This document shows positions 51,030 through 61,700 of a DNA stretch of 64,000 nucleotides, in pieces; within the stretch, counting starts at the first letter, position 1, and the number at the start of each line of letters is the position of its first letter. Below the pieces are notes generated by a model that saw nothing but the letters and a program-made list of their open reading frames with translations, was not told the DNA's origin and ran no database searches. This DNA is from Catajapyx aquilonaris (lineage: Eukaryota). Made by a program: the position numbers and the translations under genes. The stretch is taken from assembly GCA_000934665.2 (NCBI GenBank), contig KZ538280.1, positions 1-64,000 on the forward strand, in the 5' to 3' direction.

Positions 51030-51200
51030 TCTACTTCCGGAGGTGACCTGTGAGACCGGAAGAGAGCAGGTGACGTCACATCCGGAAACTTGCAGGGGTT
51101 TTTTTCTCTCTCTCTCTCTCTCATCCATCCCCAGCTGATCTGCTTCCTGTTTGCGTCTCGGAAGGCTTCATTTCAATCCTGTACGTCACCCAGCTGACGC
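51030..51200. promoter_or_regulatory. ETS/CRE-rich module
   Basis: ACTTCCGG, ACCGGAAG, TGACGTCACATCCGGAAA (51071), CT tract, CTTCCTG, TACGTCA and TGACG half-sites. Confidence 0.5.
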
Positions 51201-51754
51201 CTAAAAGGCGCTTTTTAAAAGGAAGTTTTTAAAAGGCTGATGTGAAGTGCAGCCGAGCGGGGATATCTACGGGGATTGGTGGGGGGGGGGGACTAGGTAG
51301 GGTATGGCGCTATATGGTTTCCTGGCTGTCGATGTATGTGCGTGGGAGGAGAAATACTGACCTCCCCGGAAGACAGGTGGACCCCTACCCAGAAATTAAG
51401 GCCCTGTTCCGACAAGCCAGATGGCTTTCTGCACCTTATGGGATTATATGGGGAGTTTTTCAGTTAAACTATTTTTTTGGACGTTGTCCGTTACTGGCCA
51501 GTACTACGCTCGTATACGGTATGTTATTTCATTCAAAATGTTATTATGATAGGATTTACAAAATGTATCGATAGTACGGTGTGTGAGTATACTGGGGGTA
51601 ATTAATATTATGCTCAGCTTTATAGAAACAAAAGTTATAAAAAAAATTGTTCCGCACATGCGGGTACAACCAATAACGCGTATACAATGGATGCAGCATT
51701 GTGTAACATTTCGTGTATTTTAATTATTAAGCAGGGGTACGTATTATTCCAAAC

Positions 51755-52055
51755 AGCACGTTGTAGTGGTGTGTGTGTCTGGGGGGCGGAGGGGTATATA
51801 TGCAAAAGGTAGTGGGTTCGATACCAGGCTGTGCCAGTGTCACTTGGTGGAACCTTTTTTCCGCTTCTCTACCCTCGTGTCCGGGCAGACCTGCACTGCC
51901 TTGTCTGCTCAGAGTCAACAGAAAAGGTCCGGTGAAAAAGCAGGTCCGGAAAGGACCAATAGCCTACATTACCATAGGAACCACCTCTCTCCCATCCTCC
52001 CTACACGCCCCACCACATAGTTCAATAGTGGATAGTTTACATGTTTCACAATAAA
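51755..52055 (+). mobile_element. Possible degenerate tRNA-derived SINE (boundaries uncertain)
   Basis: B-box GGTTCGATACC near 51815 preceded by AAGGTAGTG; internal hairpin GGGCAGAC/GTCTGCTC; ends near AATAAATAA; no TSD found. Confidence 0.35.
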
Positions 52056-53295
52056 TAACGCTTGAATTATACACCTTGGTACAGATGAAAGCACTACACC
52101 TGCAATAATAATAATAATAATTTATCGCCATTTATATTACACTGTTGCACAGTAAGCAAAACAGTGCAAATTTTAATGCGATTTGTGCAGGCCGGTATTT
52201 ATTTAGAATACACCTTTTGTGTCCGTGTTAAATGGGCAGAAGGGCAATTTGCATAGGATATAAGGTTATATGGCATATAGACCCGCGCAAAGTTACTCCC
52301 CATTAACAACCTTAGGGTGAAAATGAGCATTTTAGAATTTTTGCTGTTACTTCTGCAACGTCATTAATAATTATAATGAAAACATCCTCCGCGCAATCGA
52401 TAAGCTCTACATTAGGCCATAGGTGCATAAACCCTATACCTGCGCTTCAATGCCGTCCTACGTCGTAGATACGTGAGCAAAGTCTAATATAGGTTTATTA
52501 TTTCTCAAATTTTTAGGTGTACATATTGCATTTATCAACATATGCAAAAAAATATATGAGTCAATGCTTCTATAGTACAATGCTTCGGAAATTATTATTT
52601 TGTCACTTCTTACGGCAAACAAGTACACATGTAATTAAAACATACCGTCATATCACCTTTACATCGACAAACCTGATTCTGCATTTAAGACATTTCAGGC
52701 CCGATATTAATAAATTACACGCGGCAAAACAGGACGCTTTGGTGATTTTTAAATGAGTATAATCAGTGCATTAATGCATCTACATGTTAAATATTTTGAA
52801 ATGCTCTACAGTTGCACGAATACAGGGGGGAAAAAATCATCATATACTCGGCACATCCACATAAATTAATCGGCGAACCTGATGCATTAGCTAACAGCCT
52901 GTCATTAGTTAAGCTAACTTATGACATGTGAAAATGCGTGCCGGCAGGCTTTTTCTGCAGGGACCGTCCAAAAACTTATTTCAACTTCTTTTTTTTATAT
53001 ACACGGCGCAGCACTGAAACCATACATCAATCAGCTGTGCTGCACAAGTGACGCTTAGACGGCCCTTGTCAAACACCCTGTATTACTGTACCGCCCACAC
53101 TGTAGAACCCAGGCTGTAATACACACTCCAGCTATGTAAATAACATAACACGTCCTACACACTGACAAGCAGTTGCCGGTACGATGCCGTCTATAAAGTA
53201 CGTCATGTAGGAGTGGAGAGTGACGTCAGCGTGACGGACCGTGACTTGTGAATATGTTTCAAACAAAATAGCTAACTTTAAACTGTCTTCATCGA

Positions 53296-53760
53296 CCGAA
53301 GCAGTAGTGGTGGAGTGGATATGGTATATGCGACTGCTAATCGGGAGGTCCTGGGTTCGAGTCCCGCAGGCCGGCAGCCCTGACCTTGGTTTTCTGTGGT
53401 TTTCCAAGGTCGCCCCAGGAAAAATTCTGGGAGAGTACCGTAAAATAGGCCACAGCCGATTCCTTCCTTGCCTATCCTTGTCCTGTCCATGAGGAGGTGC
53501 GGTGTCGGTGGGGATTTCTGACCCGCACCTAGGGAATTGTCTTGCAACCTGACCCCCTGGGGGACTGCACACGACCCCCAAATTTCGGACATCGCACTTG
53601 CACCCGTATCCCCCCCTCACAAATCCCTATCCTTACCCCTGCACCGGAGAGAGAAAATGCGAAGAAATTTCGTAAGAAAAATGGTGGTAATCCACTCCCA
53701 TAAAAGGGCTATGTTCCCTCTAATGGGGTAAAGCTTCAAAAAATACAAAAAAAACAAAAA
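53296..53760 (+). mobile_element. Full-length tRNA-derived SINE (Lm1/Talua-like body) with A-tail and perfect 16-bp TSD
   Basis: TSD AAACTGTCTTCATCGA at 53280-53295 and 53761-53776; A-box 53308-53318; B-box GGTTCGAGTCC 53354-53364; A-rich tail 53738-53760. Confidence 0.92.
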
Positions 53761-54619
53761 AAACTGTCTTCATCGATGATTTCATATAGAGATACGCCAT
53801 TATGATGATAAATGGTAGCTATAGGGGGGTGTCCCATAGCAGCGTGACTACGTACATTTGGAAGAGGGTCGAGCCCAGCGTGACTCCGCATAACATGGGG
53901 GTAAGGGTGTGGATCCAAAAAGCCAAAAAATCAACGTGACATACACCACTCATAAACGACCCCTATCTCCACCTTCCTTAATTGACAACAACGATCAGCC
54001 CACATATCCTAAAAGACACTCTTAATTTATTTCCAAGCTCAAGCAGCTGCATTCGGAAACAAACCATGCTGGTGCACTTAGAACCAGCATCCTCCTCCTA
54101 AGGTTCTCTCGAAGACTTTAAAAAAAATTTATTCCATGTCCATTCGGAGTCCTCCGGCAGAAAGATATGGTGGTATGGTGGAGTGCGCAATTAGTTCCGC
54201 TGTCTGGCATACATCTCTATAACCCGGAGGGTCATCCGGGTCCCCAGCTTTTATTTTTGTCCTTTTGAAGGTGGCCACCACCTGCGTCAAGAATGACTAG
54301 GCCCCGGAATAAACGATGTCACGTCCAGACCTCCACCTCCCACGAAGCCCTTATTCTGCACTCATCTGCTGGAGAAATTGAGCAGAATCGTGGGGGGATA
54401 AGAGCAAAAGGGAATGGTCGGAAGTTGCGCAGATCCCCACTTGTTAACGGTCATTCGGTTCAATTATTGATGAGCCCGGATCCCTCCAGGGGAAGCCCTA
54501 CCAGTAGTTGGAGAAAAAGGATCCTGACAAGCTTTCCTAGGGAGAAGCCTCTCCAACTTTGGGACCATTACCAAGAGTCCAAATGAGCCTCAAAAAGGTC
54601 ACTGGACAAATCCAGATGG

Positions 54620-54682
54620 TTAGGTCACGTAGCGGCCATCTTGTACCGGCCGGTGGCCATCTTTGGTAGTGTGGACGTCACA
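54620..54682 (-). promoter_or_regulatory. Tandem YY1/Pho-like sites with CRE half-site
   Basis: Minus strand TGACGT...AAAGATGGCCACC...CAAGATGGCCGC...ACGTGACC. Confidence 0.4.
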
Positions 54683-54966
54683 CAGAGAGGGCCAACTACT
54701 TCTAATTCTCTCGAAAATTGCCAGGTTGAGGCGAAAGGGGTGGAGAGAGAAAGGGGTGGGTGTGGGTAAAGACAAGAGAGAAGGGGTGGTAGTGGGTTGA
54801 GGTTGGGTGGAGGGGGGGGGATGGTGTGGGCCCATCCATAATGCAGCCCGAGAGGGAGGGTAGGGGGGAGGAAGGTAGGTCCCAAGTAGCGAGTAGCTTT
54901 GGTCACACGCCCGCTCTTCCCCTTCCTGCATATTGATCAGCATCCTTCCCCCTTTCGGTCCCCTCC

Positions 54967-55084
54967 NNNNNNNNNNNNNNNNNNNNNNNNNNNNNNNNNN
55001 NNNNNNNNNNNNNNNNNNNNNNNNNNNNNNNNNNNNNNNNNNNNNNNNNNNNNNNNNNNNNNNNNNNNNNNNNNNNNNNNNNNN
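54967..55084. other. Assembly gap (118 N) within a C-rich tract
   Basis: Run of N, preceded by C-rich sequence and followed by poly-C. Confidence 0.99.
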
Positions 55085-56585
55085 CCCCCCCCCCCCCCCA
55101 AAATAAAATAAAAAAATAAAAATGGGTGCAGGGCTGGGAGACTGGAAAATGACCTTTTGCTGAGGTCGGAGAAAGGGCACATTACGCGGCGGGAAGGAAG
55201 TTAGCAAGCAGTATGAGCAGAGCGGCAATGGCCGGGAAGCTCCCCTAGAGACTCGCTTTACTTTGCGACACGATTGTTGCGTCATCTGAGGCTTCCTTGA
55301 TGACGTAATAAGCAGCCCGCAAGCCCATTTGGCGCACAACTTAGCGGGCTGCAAAATGAGCTGCCGCCTTATTCAAAGTGAGCCCACTTGCAAGTGGTAT
55401 CCACATAATGGTTGTCTTATTCACCCACTAGGAAAACTATCCTCATCAGTGTGTATAGCGTGAGAAAGGATTTTTTAACACACCCGGTACCTTCCCTCGA
55501 TCCCGGCGTTTTGTTCGTGCCTGAATGTGCCGGATTGCCACGAGGGTATTCATATATCGTAAACAATGTTGGACTTAACCGCAGATTATCGGAAGGGGGT
55601 AGGACACGGGTGGGGGGGGGGGGGGGGNAAAAAACGCGCTTTCTGTTCGGGGTTCCCAACAGGTAGGTGCCATTTTGAGTAATTAATGCGGGGCAAGGTT
55701 GCCAGACTCAGTGCGACATATATAACTATGAAAATGCAGTTGAGAGAGCCTAAAGAGGCCTAAGTGAAGGGGCGGAGTTTATTATACATCCTGTGCGAGC
55801 CGTAAGGGTCTCCGGGGTCACTTTATGCATGCAAAATGAAAGGGCATTTTTACGAGCTTTGTGGAGATATGCATCTCCACTTGAGACGGTTTCTGGGAAG
55901 CAATCAAGAGTGTTTTGACTTGCAGGTGGAACAAGGTCTCGGCTGACCTCTCCAGGCCACGTCTCAGTTCCCCATCTGATTACCAGAAATGGGATGAATA
56001 AGTTAGAAGGGCCATAAAAGCGCTTCTATTTGTCTTCAAGAACTGGGGTGCATGTGACTTGCGCCACGTTCGATCTTTATAACCGGCAGAAAATGTTGGA
56101 AACATGCGTCGGTAGGAAATGGTTTCAAAATGTCATTTTAGAGTACGGTATTGACTGTGGGTCTACAGGGAACACTAATGAGTAGTTTGATCATCAGGAA
56201 GCCTATCGTGCAAGTGAAGAAAACTATCGGAAACCCATACTTACGTGGATATCCTTGGAGAGCTTCCTATTCTACAGATAAAGGCCTAGGCAAACACAAT
56301 GAATAAGCCATTTAATACAGGCTACTGTAGTCGCGGACGATAAAGTGCGGACACGAAAGCGTCTCAGTCACCGAAAGCTATAATTAATATCTGAACTCCA
56401 GATAAGACCGACCTGCCATTCACGCGACTCCTTCCTACATTAACTTCCAGAGTGCCCTATAGAACCTACGGTATCATTGTTCACATCAGAAGAACTTACG
56501 AAACAAAACAGCCTCGTGCCCTCTATATAATATTCAAGTTTATACAATGTCGACTGGGGAAACTCAAATTATCACACATTCACTC

Positions 56586-56645
<60 letters not shown>
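56586..56645. repeat. (AAT)20 microsatellite
   Basis: Perfect AAT run; explains the poly-I and poly-N ORFs. Confidence 0.97.
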
Positions 56646-58723
56646 TTTAGCCCGCTGTATAGGTGTCGTGCTCTTAGAGGAACGAAAGGAACTCGGCGTA
56701 ATCCATCACTCCGTAATGCAAACACCGGCTGAACAATTCAGGACACACAGCATGAGCAATAACCCACCAGTCCCTATCAAAACTGCTAGCAATGTCAGCG
56801 TGTTTAACAAAACGAGAACTAGGCGGTCACATGCGGCGTCGCGAACTAATGAAAATGACAAAATATATCATACGCATGTGGCCAATGATAGTCAATAAAT
56901 CCCAAGGTTTATACCGCATCAGAGGCTAAGATGTATGTACGAATAGTGCACTGCAAGTTGCATTAGCTGTCAAAAAAATCGTTTCATATCAGCACTCGCC
57001 CAAGGTGACGTCCATGAGAGAAAAAAAAAATCCCAGTGCTGATGGTTGTATTAGCTAAAGAATACGTTTGGCCGAACTTTACAGCAAATTTATTGAAAAA
57101 ATTAGTAGTAGTGTCAAAAAGACGTGCCAGTTCAGTACAATTAGATCTATCTTCAGTGCAGCTTCAAGACGCGTAACCAAAAAATATGAAATATGCATCT
57201 GGCATTATGCACGTATTTAAAAAAACACATGAAATTATAATGACGCAAGTTTTCAGCGTCCAGAGTGGACAACCATATAATAGCCAGAAACATTGCATAT
57301 GACCAACTTGCATCATCAAACTCCGCCAACAGTTAGTTTTAGCGCTTTTGACTATTCCAGCCAACACATTGTCCCGCAGTGATTCCCATCAACTATCAAG
57401 CTAGTAAGAAAGCACGTTCCAAATTCTGTCCCCAAAATGCATTTCGCCCCGCAATATTCATGAACTCTCCGTGACTTACGTCGCAATTCTGGCCGGACAC
57501 CCAGTCAGAGAAAATATAGGTCCCCCCCTCCCCCTTCCCACCCCCAACTTGTATTTCTCGCATCATTGTGGCAGCCAAAATATGTAGGATGCTGTTTAGA
57601 ATCGGGATTTGGCACGTCTTGTGTCAAGCGCCAACGACACGTCACACACGGCAACTGCTGCGACTGTCACTCGCCAACTTTTTCGAGTGATGCAATATAA
57701 CCCCAACCGATCTGCATGGTGTAACAGTCAGCCCTGCCGCCACTGCAGAACCATACGTGCAAAACTCACCGGGAGGGGGGAAAAAGAGCTTTAAAAAAAA
57801 ATAGTAATTCGAACTCCTAAAGTTTGAACCATATGTGAGGAAGTTTTCCCATATTGGCACCATTCTTCCTCTGGAACATCGGAGGCAAAAGAGGAAGCTA
57901 CTCAGAACTAGGCAGAGTGATTAAATATGTATGACCGGTTGCCACTTGCCTTCTCCATCTTCATTGCCCCCCGTCCCTACCCCCCATCGCCGCACATGCA
58001 AAATTGAGTAGCAATCCACATACGTAGAGGTGGAGGAGAGGAGCAGAGGAGGAGGAGGGGGGGGGGGTATCCGATAACGCCTGACTTTTCCAAGACACTT
58101 TGCGTGTCTAATGTGCCGCCCAGGGGCTTCTCTTATTCATTTGGAGGCGGTGCCCACCGTTCAAGACCGTTGGCGCCACTCACCTTTACCCTCACTGCCG
58201 TCCTTGCTCAAACCCCATGTATTATTCAAGTGGTGACGTCAACACACACACACACACTCAAACCCCCGTACACATAATCACAACATGGATGATATGACAT
58301 TATAATTTTACGCTACTAATCAATGCATCGTAATGATACGCATAGAGCCCGACTATATTTCGACATGGCGCGCTTCCTTTTGTCCCTAAAAGTCCCCGCT
58401 TTTGTACCTGCTTATCTACCGATTGATAAACCTTTCCGTGATGACGTCCGCCACGAAGCGTGACTTGGGCCCCTTCAGGACAATAGTAAATGGGAAAGAA
58501 AAGGGATTGGGAGGGCTTCTCCAAAAAAAAGCCAGATTGTCAAGTGACAAGAGGTTTGCCGCAGCCTAAAATAACTTGGGTCTAACAATCAATTATCGCG
58601 TGCCACTATTGTGTCTATTGTCAACCGTCTTCTTTATACATTTTTCTAGAAGGTTTTTTTGGGGTATCCAAGCTACCTTTGTAATTAACTGGTGATAACA
58701 AGTGGTGTTTCTCTTTGTTACAG

Positions 58724-58784
58724 GAGGAAGCCATGCTGACACCGAGGGGGAGCCCGTTTGGAGAGTAAGCACTTAGATGAGAAG
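58724..58784 (+). other. Candidate small exon with two alternative 5' splice sites
   Basis: Acceptor TTTCTCTTTGTTACAG ends at 58723; donors AGA|GTAAGC after 58764 and AAG|GTAAGT after 58784. Confidence 0.35.
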
Positions 58785-61700
58785 GTAAGTGACTTGACTC
58801 CTGAGATGTCTTTTCTGTACCAGTACAATAAGCATGAAGTAGAGGAAAGCCAAGTCCCTGCTTCTCTTTTGCTCTATGGCAATGATGAATGCAAGTCTTC
58901 CCATGGCGCCCATCCTATTGGCCAATAAAGGCGCCGGCTTTGTTGGCGGACCCATTCTTGCTTTTTGTTGGGAGAGAGTGATGAGCACCTGGAGTCCCAT
59001 TCCCTAGGCCTCATTTTTCCCTCCCCAATTGCCCATCAAATCTGCATAGGAATAATGGGGGCTAGCGTCTTGGGGAATAGATGAGGGGAAAACCCTCTTT
59101 TGGCAAATTGCTGCCAACACTCGATTTTCAGTGGACTTTGGCTGCGAGACTTTCTGCGTGCCAAAAGACGAAGTGATACTTCTCCGTCTCTTAATCACAT
59201 TTGGCCTCACCGAAGCTATGGCCATCTGACACAGGGCAGAAGGCACCCCTAATCGAATCAACAAATGGCCTTCTGCTCTAAGAAACCTTTTCCTCAACTT
59301 TTGTTGTGTGTTTTTTTTTAGTGGTGGACCATACGCTTTTTCACTCCGAGCCAAATCCTGTTTTTGGGGGTGGTGAAATTTTCAGCCTCAACTCAACTAT
59401 AACTAAACTCCCCCGGTTAGTTCAGTCAGTACTCCATAATACTATACACAGTAGAGTAACAACTAACTAAATAAACCGACGTAAAAAGTTTCGGCACAGG
59501 TTGTAACACGGGTTTTGATCCATGGTTACTCTAGGTCATCACATGCGTGCATTGCATGCGCACCGTTTGACCCAAAAAAATAAATTATAATCGTCCACTT
59601 TTTAGCCATTAACTCTTGGGTTTTGAGCCCAGCTAAATCGTAGATGTGGGTTTGAATCTGGGTTCTGGGTTGGGGAGGGAGAGAGTTTGCGGGGCCCACA
59701 AGGACCGTAGATAAGCCAAGTCCCCAATTCGCAGTCGGCGCCACAGTCTTATTCTCCATCCAAACGGCGCAATTATTACCCACAATATTCGCGGCTGAAA
59801 TATGAGGGATCGTTCCGAGATTACGCAGCTCTTGTATCCCAGGTTTCGCATGCAAATATTTGCAAATTGTCCCTCGTTTAACCTTAGAGTCTAAGTTAGG
59901 ACTTGGAGAGGGGGGGAGGGGAGGGGGTGTATAGTGATCTGAATTTTAAGTCCTGAATGTATATATGCAAGCACGTACGTTGTGTCCACGTGATGTCCAG
60001 TTGGGGTGTGAGAATTCGAGTTTCTTGATTGTTGACCACAGGGTGTAAAGGGTGTAGCAGAAGGTTTTATATAGCTAAGTTGCAGAACCGCAGCACGTGG
60101 CCTCGTTAAGAAAATGGCCAGCTCAAGTCGTAGATGGAAGTGGCAGCTTGCAGACTCTGTCCAGAAGGCAATGTGTTCACTTCGACTAAGAGCTTACGAT
60201 ATACGACTGCAAGAAGTCAGCAAAAAAAACAACAACAAAAAAACAAAACAAAAAACAAAAAAACGCGCGTGGTTTTCCTACAGAGTAATATATTCTGGTA
60301 GCCTCGTGTCATCTCATGCTTTTCTTATATGCACAGCTCATAACTCAACAGGGTTGTTCCTATAATAAAAATGAGAGGGGAAAATTTGAAATTCGCCCGC
60401 GAATTAGTCGAATTCATTAAGTTTGAATGAGGCGCTTTATTATGTGTATGCACTGTAATTTGTGTTTCTATACCTGATAGACAGGAAAAAACGGCTATAT
60501 TTTCCAGTATCTGGTCCCGGCTTGAAGATGGGAAGTGATGTGAACATTTTTGGGCCTTATCGCGGCATTGCGGATCTTATCTCGGCATGGAAACTAAAAC
60601 AGCGTGCGATACGAAAGGTCGATATGAAAGGTGAAAAATTCACTCAAGATGATTTACATGGAGAATTCACCTCGCAGCGTACGAGATTAATCCAATAAGA
60701 TACACCCTCACGCATAATGTCCCATCTCCAAGCCAAGTCGGGACATGTCACTTTTTTCGCCTCCCGAATTGAAACATGTAGTTTAAGTTATATCAAACAC
60801 CCATTACTTTCTTACACTTACACTAAAAAAAATCCTGAATCTGGCCCCTCCCACCGTGTATGTTGTAACAATCCTGAATCAAGCACTATCCACACGTGCG
60901 TATGTGGTTTATCTCATATTCCAGCTTGAAGCCGCATGACATACATGTTCAAATCGATTCTACCGTGTCAATGGTTTCAACGTCCGTTTATTTATTCACT
61001 GCCGGTGAAGAGCAATATTCTTCTTTCGAACACAGATTGCAAACCCGACCAACATGCATGTTCCCACACGGTAGAGTGGGGCGTGAAACGCGGCTACTGT
61101 CTTATATGCATTTTAAAAAAGCATGGTTAGATGTGTAATGCTCTCCGAGTGGGGTTGAGCGCGACCCTTGGCTGCCCCGCGTGCATGTAGTCGATTCAAT
61201 AACAGTGGAATGGGTGATAGTGAAAGTAATGCCTCTTGATGGCGGGCGATCTCCATGAAAATGCAGATAATGAGGAATAATAAACCGTTTACCGCAATTT
61301 GACATGGCGCACTAAATCACAACAGTGATCGCCTCTTAACCGATATTTACTGTCAACCAAAGTGGAAACAATCGGACACCCAGGGAGGCATCCTGGTCTG
61401 ACAGGAGGAGGGGGAAAAGGGTCCAGTATTGTTGCCCCATTGTTGGTCAAGTCGCTTTCCAATAAAGTCGTCAACTCTGGTTATGTCCTGCAGACTCAGG
61501 TTCATTACCGACAAATACAGTGCAATCACCCTAAGTGTAGGGGCAAGCTGTGCACCACGTAAAAATCGAGCGTTACAGGTCCACGCCCAAAGTTTAAATA
61601 TGGTAGTTAACTCGGGCTTCCCCCCCAAAAAAATGTATTGTGTTTCTAAAGGACAATACACCATGTATTGTCGTTAGTCCGGCCATAGATAATGCAATGG

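Noticed and set aside
51860..51960. Hammerhead or HDV-like ribozyme in the putative SINE
   Set aside because: Hairpins are present, but I could not build a CUGANGA/GAAA core or a nested double pseudoknot
53296..53370. Functional tRNA genes at the B-box sites (3515, 7190, 36381, 51815, 53354)
   Set aside because: No complete cloverleaf or acceptor stem; most continue into SINE bodies, two with TSDs and A-tails
54620..55354. Longest ORF (244 aa)
   Set aside because: Reads through the 118-N gap and low-complexity G/C tracts; no recognisable domain
56452..56898. Poly-Ile / poly-Asn ORFs
   Set aside because: Translation of the (AAT)20 microsatellite
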